DNA from: a virus
IMG/VR virus record: IMGVR_UViG_3300028840_002073
Span: 2,783-66,782 of that record
Direction: 5' to 3' (one strand)
DNA length: 64,000 nt
Under the pieces are notes generated by a model that did not search any database, was not told where the DNA came from, and worked only from the letters and a program-made list of their open reading frames with translations. A program made the translations under genes and the position numbers. The first letter of the stretch is position 1. Every line of letters begins with the position of its first letter. Positions 18,988 to 27,526 of this stretch are shown here, in pieces.

Positions 18988-19983
18988 GTGAGGGCTGCGT
19001 GGTGGTGGGTGGACCGGTGGCGTAAGTCTACTGCCTACACCGACATGACCCTCGCCGAGCAGGGTGCCTACCGGAACCTCCTCGACGAGCTGTGGCTCCG
19101 TGACGGGGTCCTCCCGAACGACGAGCGCATCCTCGGGAAGGTGTCTGGTGACGCCCTCGCGTGGCCCGAGGTCAAGGATAAGGTGCTGTCCTACTTCGAG
19201 TTGCGTGAGGATGGGTGGCATAACCCCACCCACGATGAGATCCAGGCCGAGTCTCAGAAGCGGGCAGAAAGACAGAAACGTTACCGCAACGGGCAGCGTA
19301 ACGTTACACGTAACGTTGCCCCTTCTCCGTCTCCGTCTCCGTCTCCGTCTAAGGATCAGTCTCCGAAGGAAACGGACGGCACGGCTGACGCCGTGCTGGC
19401 GGTCTTCGAGTACTGGAAGAAGCGGACCGGACGCACGGAAGGCGTCGTCCTGACCCCGAAGCGGAAGGCCTGCCTCAAGGCCAGGCTCAAGGAGCAGCCC
19501 GGGGAGACGCTCGAGGAGCGGGTGGCCGCCCTGAACATGGCCGTCGACGGGGCGATCCTCGATCCGTTCTACGCCGGCGACAACGACAAGGGGAAGAAGT
19601 ATTGGGACTTCGAGTCGATCTTCCGCAACCGGGACCGGGTGGAGAAGCTGCAGCACGTCGGCCGCTTCCGGGAGGCGGACCCCTCCTTGGAGCCGGTCGA
19701 GGATGCCGTCCCGGAGCGTGCCCAGGACGCCTGCGAACTCTGGCGTGGCATCAAGACCATCCTGTCGGGTACGATTCCCGGCCAGAACTTCGTCACCTGG
19801 TTCAGGCCCACGGAGGGGCACGGATGGGAACTCGACGAGGCCAGCGACACGCCCGTGCTCGTCGTGGCCGTCCCGAGCCAAGAGCACAAGCGACAGATCC
19901 GCGAGGTGTACGGCGACCGGATCAAGAAGCTGCTGTCCAACCGCGGCGTGAAGCTCATGCGCCTCGCTGTCCAGGGGCCGTGA
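18988..19983 (+). CDS. Replication initiator: DUF1376/YdaU N-terminus plus DnaA domain-I-like C-terminus
   Basis: MTLAEQGAY..LL...W and LP.D...L at N-terminus; LW..I...L...I....F.TWF.P...L.VAVPS...I...Y...I at C-terminus. Confidence 0.75.
   Translation: MRAAWWWVDRWRKSTAYTDMTLAEQGAYRNLLDELWLRDGVLPNDERILGKVSGDALAWPEVKDKVLSYFELREDGWHNPTHDEIQAESQKRAERQKRYRNGQRNVTRNVAPSPSPSPSPSKDQSPKETDGTADAVLAVFEYWKKRTGRTEGVVLTPKRKACLKARLKEQPGETLEERVAALNMAVDGAILDPFYAGDNDKGKKYWDFESIFRNRDRVEKLQHVGRFREADPSLEPVEDAVPERAQDACELWRGIKTILSGTIPGQNFVTWFRPTEGHGWELDEASDTPVLVVAVPSQEHKRQIREVYGDRIKKLLSNRGVKLMRLAVQGP
19277..19350. repeat. Iteron-like AACGTTAC/CGTAACGTT repeats and (TCTCCG)n inside the initiator; candidate origin
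   Basis: AACGTTAC, CGTAACGTTACACGTAACGTT and a TCTCCG tandem encoding SPSPSPSPS. Confidence 0.5.
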
Positions 19984-20171
19984 GGCACTCCGCAACGTGG
20001 ACCTGTGGTGCCTGTGGCCGGCAGTTCCCGGCCTCGATGCTGTCAACCAAGGGAAAGTGCTGGTGGTGCCAGCACGGAGTTGAGATCAGGAGGCAAGATG
20101 ACCGACGCAGAACAGCCCACCGAGGAACAGCTCGCCGCGGCCGTCGCAAAGCACCGCGAGATGAGGGCTAA
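19980..20171 (+). CDS. Small CxxC-CxxC protein
   Basis: GTGA-coupled to the initiator stop; WTCGAC...CWWC; 3' part overlaps the next gene. Confidence 0.4.
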   Translation: MRHSATWTCGACGRQFPASMLSTKGKCWWCQHGVEIRRQDDRRRTAHRGTARRGRRKAPRDEG

Positions 20172-20481
20172 GTCCTTCCAGGCCCTCGCCCACTCCGTCT
20201 GTATGCTCTCGAGCTCGCTGGCTGTGACGCTCGTGGTCACGGACCTCACGGGCGACAAGGACGGGGAGGCCATGGAGGCCCAGACCCAGCAGTTCACGGT
20301 CTGCCCCTACGGCACGAACCCGCTCCTGGACCACATGGGTCGGGGGGCCGAGCTCATCTACGAGAAGCAGCAGGAGATCCTCACGGAGGTGCGCGAGGCC
20401 CAGGAGAAGGCGAAGCAGGAGGCCGCCGAGAGCCTCCCGATGCCGGGCGAGGATGATGACCCCTCCGACCGGCCCTCGTGA
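20098..20481 (+). CDS. Hypothetical protein (127 aa)
   Basis: AGGAGG RBS, ATG 20098, codon bias. Confidence 0.7.
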   Translation: MTDAEQPTEEQLAAAVAKHREMRAKSFQALAHSVCMLSSSLAVTLVVTDLTGDKDGEAMEAQTQQFTVCPYGTNPLLDHMGRGAELIYEKQQEILTEVREAQEKAKQEAAESLPMPGEDDDPSDRPS

Positions 20482-20923
20482 GCCCTACGAGAAGCCCCGT
20501 GTGAGCCGCCGGCGCCGGAGCCAGGGGGAGATCACCCTCTCGCGCCACATCGCGTGGGAGGGCCTCCCAGAGCCCGAGCTCGAGTACCACTGGGCCCGGG
20601 ACGAGGGCCGGCGCTTCCGTTTCGACTTCGCCTGGCCGAACCGACTGCTGGCCGTCGAGGTGGACGGGGGCAAGTTCATGATCCGCCGGTCCCGGAAGCA
20701 GCGGGGCCGCATGGTCGTCGTCGGCGCCCATAACCGGCGAGAGGACCTCGAGCGCCAGAACCTCGCCGCGCGCCTGGGCTGGACGGTGCTACGCTACACC
20801 CCCGACATGGTAGCGAAGGGGGAGGCGATCCGTGAGCTCAAGGCTATGCTGCTTCGTCCTGTGCTTGACGATGCTCCCGGCGTGCTCAGCGAAGATCCGG
20901 GTCCCGGTAGCAGCGGGGGCTGA
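20453..20923 (+). CDS. DUF559/Vsr-like endonuclease (possible resolvase)
   Basis: EY...RRFRFDFAWP...AVEVDGG...D.E..N.A..LGW.VLR motif. Confidence 0.75.
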   Translation: MMTPPTGPREPYEKPRVSRRRRSQGEITLSRHIAWEGLPEPELEYHWARDEGRRFRFDFAWPNRLLAVEVDGGKFMIRRSRKQRGRMVVVGAHNRREDLERQNLAARLGWTVLRYTPDMVAKGEAIRELKAMLLRPVLDDAPGVLSEDPGPGSSGG

Positions 20924-21182
20924 CCTCCTCACCACCGAGATGGCCCTCCAGCGTGGCTTCGTGGAGGGTAACCCCCTGGTCCCGGAGACTCCCGCCGGCC
21001 GGGCAGCCTTCAAGGTGGCCGGCGCCGGCCTCATCCTGGTCATCAGCCATGAGCTCCGGGAGCGGGGGCACCCGAAGATGGCGGGCTTCCTCGAGTGGAC
21101 CGCGACCATCCTGTGGGGCGGGGCCGCGGCCTGGAACTCCTACCTGATGGCTACTGGAGGGTCGGGTGGAGCGGGTGAATGA
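20832..21182 (+). CDS. Small membrane protein (DUF5658-like)
   Basis: D..TT..AL..G..E.NP motif with hydrophobic helices. Confidence 0.55.
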   Translation: MSSRLCCFVLCLTMLPACSAKIRVPVAAGADLLTTEMALQRGFVEGNPLVPETPAGRAAFKVAGAGLILVISHELRERGHPKMAGFLEWTATILWGGAAAWNSYLMATGGSGGAGE

Positions 21183-21498
21183 AGGGCTGGGGCTGCTGGG
21201 GCCTCACCAGCTCCATGACCTGGCTGACCTGAACGATCGCCTCTGAGGGGCTCTCAGCCTTCCAGCAGACGAAGATCACCGGGGCGGTCAGGTGGATCGC
21301 CCGCCCATCCCGGTGGATCACGCACGCGGTCGGGCCCTGCTGGTGGGAGTCGAAGTAGATCGTCATGTGGTCCAGCGACAGCATGTCCAGGAGCCCGCGC
21401 CCGCTCTGGGTCGCCTCCTTCTCGAGCCAGCCTACCGACACCGCGCGGACCTTCCGGATCGAGAGCTCGCCCCCGTCCAGCTTCATCACGTAGGTCAC
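21151..21498 (-). CDS. Hypothetical protein
   Basis: GTGA-coupled; last gene of the minus-strand accessory operon. Confidence 0.55.
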   Translation of the reverse strand: MTYVMKLDGGELSIRKVRAVSVGWLEKEATQSGRGLLDMLSLDHMTIYFDSHQQGPTACVIHRDGRAIHLTAPVIFVCWKAESPSEAIVQVSQVMELVRPQQPQPFIHPLHPTLQ

Positions 21499-21848
21499 GG
21501 GTACACCTTCTCCAGCACGATGCACCGCCAGGCGCCCAGCCGCCTCATGCAGGCCTTCACGTCGCGGTGGTCGTCGTCGTCCCTCTGGCCGTGCTGCTTG
21601 AGCCAGAGGTGGCAGACCTCATGGTACGCTGTCCTGCAAAGTTCATCCGGCGGCGCCCACCCCAGGAAGTCCCGGTCGATCCAGACCACCGGGTGGGGAG
21701 GGTACACCCAGGCCTCGTACTTCCTCGAGAGGCCCACGCGCACCTCGACGCGGCCCACGCCCCCCTCGTGAGCCGCCCGGTTGATATGGGCCTCGAAGCA
21801 CTCCAGAGGCGAGGCCCCCAGCAGCAGGATCAGGGCGAGGGACTGCAC
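21495..21848 (-). CDS. Small HExxH zinc-metallopeptidase-like protein (SprT-like)
   Basis: AYHEVCHL motif with downstream H; hydrophobic N-terminus. Confidence 0.55.
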   Translation of the reverse strand: MQSLALILLLGASPLECFEAHINRAAHEGGVGRVEVRVGLSRKYEAWVYPPHPVVWIDRDFLGWAPPDELCRTAYHEVCHLWLKQHGQRDDDDHRDVKACMRRLGAWRCIVLEKVYP

Positions 21849-22009
21849 GCCTCCTCCTTCTCGAGCTCCGCGGCCCGCTCCTGCGCCCGCTCCCAGGCGT
21901 TCGGACCGGTGAAGATGGTGGCCAGGACGCCCTTCTTCGTGTCCTTCACCTGGACGTTCTCCCCGAGGATCGGGTGGAAGGACTCGACGCAGATGAAACG
22001 TTCACTCAT
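21830..22009 (-). CDS. Small hypothetical protein (59 aa)
   Basis: Hand translation MSERFICVESFHPILGENVQVKDTKKGVLATIFTGPNAWERAQ...; ATGA-coupled. Confidence 0.55.
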   Translation of the reverse strand: MSERFICVESFHPILGENVQVKDTKKGVLATIFTGPNAWERAQERAAELEKEEACSPSP

Positions 22010-22644
22010 TCAACACTCTCCCGCCGGCACTCGACGCACACCGGGCGCCGCTTGCCGATGAAATCGACGTGCCCATCGGTCACCACCCCGCACGCCGCAC
22101 GCCAGGTGTCGACCAGGACGTGCAGCTTGTTCGCCCCCGCGACGGAGCCGAGAGCGCGGGGGTAGGTGGTGACGCCCTCTCGGTCAGGCTCAGCCCAGGC
22201 TGGGAGGGGCATCGGTGCCCTCCATCACCCAGCGGACGGCGGCGTCCATGGTCTTCGTCCGGGTGCTCTCGACCCCGGTCAGCAGCCAGCCCAGCTCCCC
22301 CGGCGAGGCGCCCACCGAGGGCTCGAACTGGCCCCAAAACGCCGTGAAGCCACCGGGCCGCGGCCAGACCAGCGCCCGGAAGACCGTCTCCCCAGCCATC
22401 CGATCAATCCGGAGGCCTTGGTCCGTCATCCAGACCCTCACCGTGTCCGTCATCGCATCGCCTTCCTGGCCCAATGGGCCATCTCCCGGGCGGCGTAGTA
22501 CGCCTCGGGCGCCAAGTCGTCCCGGTGGTCGTAGTCGAGCTCGCCAACGTGGTCCTTCCAGACCGCGTCTTTCAGGATGGCGAGCAGGCGCCGGCGGGCG
22601 GCGAACATCGCCCGCCGGGCGTAGTGCCGGCTCCTGGGGTTCAT
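22006..22644 (-). other. Three small hypothetical genes (22006-22212, 22190-22453, 22450-22644)
   Basis: Overlapping start/stop coupling and codon bias. Confidence 0.55.
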
Positions 22645-22817
22645 GACTCCCCCTCGCCGCAGCCGTCGTCGTAGGAGGTGCGCGGCCACCAAGCCCCCTG
22701 TCCCTCGCGCTGGATTGGCTGAGGTGCCTTCGCCCGGCATTCGCCGTACTTCTGGCCCTCGCTGCTCTCGTCCAGCTTCCAGTACTGGCAGTCTCCGCAG
22801 TCGATCAGGTACTTCAT
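22641..22817 (-). CDS. Small 4-Cys protein (CxxC...C...C, HiPIP-like spacing)
   Basis: CGDCQYW...GECR..AP...WP.T..DDGCGE. Confidence 0.6.
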   Translation of the reverse strand: MKYLIDCGDCQYWKLDESSEGQKYGECRAKAPQPIQREGQGAWWPRTSYDDGCGEGES

Positions 22818-25543
22818 TCGCTCCCCTTCTCTTGCTCGGCGCGGCGGTCGCAGTCGTCGCAAACCCCGCTCTCCTCGTAGGTCACCTCGCCCGTCTCGAT
22901 GTCCAGGAAGGCCTCCCGCCGGGTGATCCTCACCCTGTAGACCTCGGACCCGCAGTCCCGGCACCGGAAACTCGTGTACATCTCGATCATCGGTCCCCCC
23001 ATCCTCTGCTTGAGCTCGGCCAGGCGCCGGTCAGGCCCCGGCCCGTGCGTGGCGGCGTAGTGCTCGAGGTCCGGTAGAACCTCCTTCACCGCGCGGAGTA
23101 GATCGCTCATCGGTCCTCCTCGGGCCAGCGCCGCGGTGGTGGTGGCTGTCGATCCCGGAGCAGGCGCCCCAGGCACGGCCCCACCACCACCGCCACCGCG
23201 AGCCAGCAAAGCAGCGTGCCCAGGATCAGCGCGAGCCAGTCAGGCATCCCGAGTCCTCGAGTACCACTCGACTGCCTCCGGGTCCAGCTCGCAACTGGCG
23301 CAGAGGCCCTCTCGCTGGCCCGCGCATGAGAACGGCCGCTCGCAGTTGGCGCAGAGGTAGACCCCATCGTCGACGTCTGGCTCTGGTGGCTCCTCGGGCT
23401 CCTCATCCGGGAGCTCCCCGATGGAGGCGAGCACCACCCGGGCGTCGTCCACCGTCTCCGCCACCCCCTGATCGAGCAGCAGATTCACAGCCCCGAAGCC
23501 CCCAAGGTCCTCGCCCAGCTCGCGCCGGCACTTCTCGAGCACCTCGCGGGCGTGGAGCTTGCGCCCCAGGTCGCACAGCGGGCACCGCCCCAGCCTGCAC
23601 CGCCCCTCGGCCTCAGACACCATCGGGCTTCTCGTAGTGCTCGAGGGACCACCGCCCCACCGTGTTGCCGTTCAGGTCCCGGAGGGGAGCTCCGGCGTAG
23701 CCGGCCTCGACGTCTGCCGCGGCCTCCCGGAGGAGGCGGGCCACCTCGGCGCCCGCCTGGCCCTCAAACGCCGCGTTGCGCGTGTCGACGATCATGCGGA
23801 ACATCAGCACCCTCCCTTCCCGGGGATAGCCCGGTAGCAGACCTCGGCCCCATAGGGGCGGGGGTCGTCGGCGTCGCGCACGTAGAACACGCCCGACCGG
23901 CCCCACTTGTCAGGGCCAGCGACGTAGTAGACCACCGCGCGGCGGCCGGTTCGGGCTAGCAGGGATTCCGCTTGTGCGATGGCGGCATCCTTCAGGCCGG
24001 GCAGCATCAGACCACCTCCCGGAACGGAGTCGGCATCTCCCGCCGGCGCCGCTGGGCCTCGCGCTCCTCCCACGTCTCGTGCCACCACCACCGCTGGCGG
24101 ACCGGGACGCAGAGGCCCACCTTGCCCCAGTCGTCATACCGCCCGGAGGGGACCTCGAGCTTCACCGTCGCCCCCCGGCAGTCGCCTTGGAACACCGGCC
24201 GGACCCCGTAGGGCTCGAGCTCGGCCCGCATCCTGGCCTCGATGCGGTGCTCTTTCGCCTGCTCCTGGATGGTCAGCTCCCGGAGGCTGCACGCGATGCA
24301 CTGGAGGCGCTCGTATGTCGCCGCCCACCGCATCACCCGCCGGGACACCGGCTCCGGCACGCCCTCCACCCGGAGGGCCTCCACAAACCGCCCTCTCTCG
24401 CTCTCGTGGCTCACCAGATCACCTCCCGCGCCGGGCGCCGCTGGAAGGGGATCAGCCGTCCGCACCCCTCCGCGCGCTGCTCTGTCTCGTCGTCGTCCTC
24501 GCCGATGCACCGCACGCCCCCGGGCTCCACCGCGAAGCAGGAGCACCCGCAGCCGTCGCACTGCTCGAGGTAGAGCACCTCGCCCACCGTCCGGCCCTCC
24601 TCGACGTGCTGCGGCTCGCCGGAGCGGACCTCAACGCACAAGGTGGGCTCGTCGCACCGTAGGCAGGGGCAGCACGGCCCCCCGTCGCACCCCTGGCCCT
24701 CGATGCGGGCCACATCCCACGCGCTCAGGCTCATCGCTCCTCCCGTGCGGTCCAGATGAGACGCTCACCCATGCGGATGAAGGGCTCCGGGTCCGGGTCG
24801 GACCAGTAGCCGAGCTCCGTCGCCTCGTCCCGCTGGACTCCAGGGGGCCAGGAGACGAGGACCGACCCGAGCAGCGCCTCGGCCCGCGCCTGTGCTGCTG
24901 CCTTGGCCAACCGTCCGGATCCGTGCCACATGGCCCGGACGGTCAGGGCTCGCTGTCTGCGGTCGCTCATCACCAGTCTCCAAAGGTGCAGACAGGCCCA
25001 CATCCGGCCCGCCGGCAGTCGTGTCGCCTGATCTCCTCGGTGCGCCGCGCCTCGTCGCGCGTCCGGCCCCAGCCAGGCCGGGGAGCTGCGCCGCCGTCCA
25101 GCTCCGCACACCGGGGGCATCCTGCGACCCGCCGGCCGAACACCACCGCATGAGAGTGGCGGGTGTGGGGGGCCGAAGCCCCCCGGCTCGAGGCGCTCAC
25201 CCCTGCCCCCGGTCGGGGATCAGGACCAACACGCGCTCGCCCGTCTGGTCCTCGTCCTCCGCGATGTCAACCCGCGCCACGTCATCCAGATCAGCTCCAC
25301 CGGGCTCCTGGACGACCACGAACGACCAGCGCTCGAGGCCCTCCATCCAGCCGCGGAGCTGCTCAACCGTGAGCGGGCTCACTCGCCCGGCTCCAGCTCG
25401 ACCCGGCCCGACTCCACCGCCACCGCCGACGACACCATCCCCGACCGGACGAACGCCGCGTCAATCTCGCGGTCGAGCTCACAGTCGGGACATGGGCAGT
25501 CCAGGTGATGGGGAACGAACCCGGCCTTGATCTCTCGGCCCAT
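22814..25543 (-). other. Run of 11 small coupled early/accessory genes (22814-23110, 23107-23247, 23240-23623, 23613-23804, 23804-24007, 24007-24414, 24411-24734, 24731-24970, 24970-25200, 25197-25382, 25379-25543)
   Basis: ATGA/GTGA/TGATG overlaps throughout; several CxxC proteins; strong RBS before 25543. Confidence 0.6.
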
Positions 25544-25739
25544 GGTCCTCTCCTCCGTGTGTAGGGGTGGCAGGGCCAGGCAGCTCTCCCACTGCCCAGC
25601 CCCACCGGATGACGTAGAGCAGACAGGAGCGGGAGCGGCTGCGGGGGGGAAGGAAGCCCCGTCTGATGCCTGTGACCCGCCGTGCTGTGCTGCCCTCGCC
25701 ATCCTTCTTCTAATGTAGGTCTGCCAAGTCTAGGCGCCA

Positions 25740-25833
25740 GAGGAAGATATGGGGGTTCAGCCCGACACACCCCAACATCTTGGGGTAGCCCCAACACCTT
25801 GGGGTAGACCAGGGACACCCCCATATCTTGTGG
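25740..25833. promoter_or_regulatory. Four 16-bp NrdR-box-like sites in a symmetric arrangement
   Basis: 25740-55 (rev CCCCCATATCTTCCTC), 25770-85 CCCCAACATCTTGGGG, 25789-804 CCCCAACACCTTGGGG, 25818-33 CCCCCATATCTTGTGG. Confidence 0.55.
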
Positions 25834-26292
25834 CGTAGCGGAGGCGAAGGTGCGCCCGGCCCGCGGCCCCGGCCCGGCCCGCCCGCCGGCGAGCGCACCG
25901 CGGGGCGTGTTACGTGCGCGTAACGTCAAGGCCAGGTGGCTCGAGGCCGCGCGCCACACCTCGGCCGAGGGAGGGGGGCTCCGGGGACATGCGATGAAGG
26001 ACGTGGGTCGGCAAGCAACCGACGAGGCAGGCCGGAGGGGGCAGGCCCGCGGCCAGCTCGAGGCGGGGGAGCTCAGCCTGCTGTGGGCCAGGCCGGCCAG
26101 GTGGTGGGTGCTCCTCTCCTTCTAAGTTGCTCTGTCTTCACATCATGGTGACGTAATGTCTTTTAGCGGACGCTGGCCCCCGGCCCCGGCCCCCGCCGCG
26201 GGCACCCCCACCAGGACCCGGTCGGTTCCCGCAGGGCGCCCCGGGGCCAATCGTAGGGTCCCACCCCTCGACCTCACAACCCTCCTCACGTC

Positions 26293-26324
26293 ATACGCTC
26301 GCGGTCGTTATACGCTGGCGGTCG
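26293..26324. repeat. 15-bp direct repeat containing the operator half-site
   Basis: ATACGCTCGCGGTCG and ATACGCTGGCGGTCG, 17-bp period. Confidence 0.65.
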
Positions 26325-26341
26325 GGATGGGACCCCACGGT

Positions 26342-26773
26342 TCAGTCCTGGTCGTGTGGGGGCTCGGTTCGGCCCACGGTGTCTTCGCCGGGGGGCAGAT
26401 CGGGCGATGGGGTGTCGTGTTCCGACGTCGATGGGGTGCTGGGCTGGGTGTCGTCGGGTCCTGGGGTGGGGTCTGCGTTGGAGAACTCGAAGTATCCGAC
26501 CTCTCGGGACTCGAATTCTGGGGTGAGGTCGGGCTGGCCGGGCTGGACGACGTCGTCGGAGTGGGGTGGTGTCCAGAAGGGGATGATCTGGTGCATGGCG
26601 CGGCCCTCGCCGGCGTATGGGGTGGTCTCGAGGGCGTCGTGTGCCTTCTGGACGAGGTGCTGGAGGGCTTCGGCGAGGGGCTTGCCGTCCAGTTCGTGGA
26701 CGGAGACGTCGATGATGGCGCGCTTCGTGCGGATGGTGAAGCCGTTGGGGGGTGCTTTCGGGGTTTCGGTCAT
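26342..26773 (-). CDS. Hypothetical protein with acidic Pro-rich tail
   Basis: AAGGAG RBS before ATG 26773. Confidence 0.6.
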   Translation of the reverse strand: MTETPKAPPNGFTIRTKRAIIDVSVHELDGKPLAEALQHLVQKAHDALETTPYAGEGRAMHQIIPFWTPPHSDDVVQPGQPDLTPEFESREVGYFEFSNADPTPGPDDTQPSTPSTSEHDTPSPDLPPGEDTVGRTEPPHDQD

Positions 26774-26779
26774 TTGGGG

Positions 26780-27092
26780 CTCCTTTTCGGTTGAACGTAG
26801 GTCTGCGGCGAGTGCGTCGAGGGGGTACGGGGCCATCAACGGGGTCAGGCCCGGTTCTCGTCGAGCTTGTGGTCGCCGCACCAGTCGGCGGGGAAGACGA
26901 CGGGGTAGCCGCCCATGGTGGGGGCGTGGCGCCGGCAGCGCCCGAGGTCCTGGCGATCGGGCTGCTCCTCGCCCTTGGCTGGGGGTGTGGCGGCTTTTCG
27001 GACGTAGAACATGCAGGTTCGGCAGGACATGGCGGTGGAACGGTGCTTCCAGGGGTCAGGGTTCATGATTTCTCCTTTTCGGTTGAACGTAG
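26780..27092. repeat. 21-bp direct repeat containing an RBS (26780-26800, 27072-27092)
   Basis: CTCCTTTTCGGTTGAACGTAG in two identical copies. Confidence 0.8.
26845..27066 (-). CDS. Small 4-Cys protein, paralogous pattern to 22641-22817
   Basis: SCRTCMFY...GRCRRHAP...YP.V...DWCGDH. Confidence 0.7.
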   Translation of the reverse strand: MNPDPWKHRSTAMSCRTCMFYVRKAATPPAKGEEQPDRQDLGRCRRHAPTMGGYPVVFPADWCGDHKLDENRA

Positions 27093-27526
27093 TTGCGGCG
27101 TTCGCGGTAGATGTGTCGGAGCCAGCCGACGTACTCGGGCGGGCTCATGTGCCTCCAGCCGCGGGAGGCGGTGACGTTGTAGACCCAGAATCCGCGATCT
27201 ATCTCGTCCAGGATCGGCACGACGGCGTAGAGGGGGACCTGGAGGCGTTCGGCGAGGTGCCTGAGCATCATGCCCTGGGGTCTGGTGGTGGCGAGCTTGT
27301 CCAGGACCTTCTCGAGGAAAAGGGGAGAGGGGTCAGGGTGGCACCATTCGGGGTCCGCCACCGAGAGTTCGAGGACGGCGACGGGGACTGGCTCGTCGGA
27401 GATGATGGTGTATTCGACCTGGTCGGCGTCTCCGACCGCACCGTGGCCGAGCTGGGTGCGCCAAGTGCGGTAGAACTCGGTTCGGTCGGCCCCGCCGGCC
27501 TTGGACCAGTTGTCGTTGTAGGTCAC
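27056..27526 (-). CDS. Hypothetical protein
   Basis: GTGA-coupled start at 27526; globular composition. Confidence 0.6.
   Translation of the reverse strand: MTYNDNWSKAGGADRTEFYRTWRTQLGHGAVGDADQVEYTIISDEPVPVAVLELSVADPEWCHPDPSPLFLEKVLDKLATTRPQGMMLRHLAERLQVPLYAVVPILDEIDRGFWVYNVTASRGWRHMSPPEYVGWLRHIYRERRNYVQPKRRNHEP

Noticed and set aside
25770-25807. Possible mini-CRISPR array
   Set aside because: Repeats are 16-19 bp and nearly adjacent, with no spacer-sized unique sequence and no cas genes
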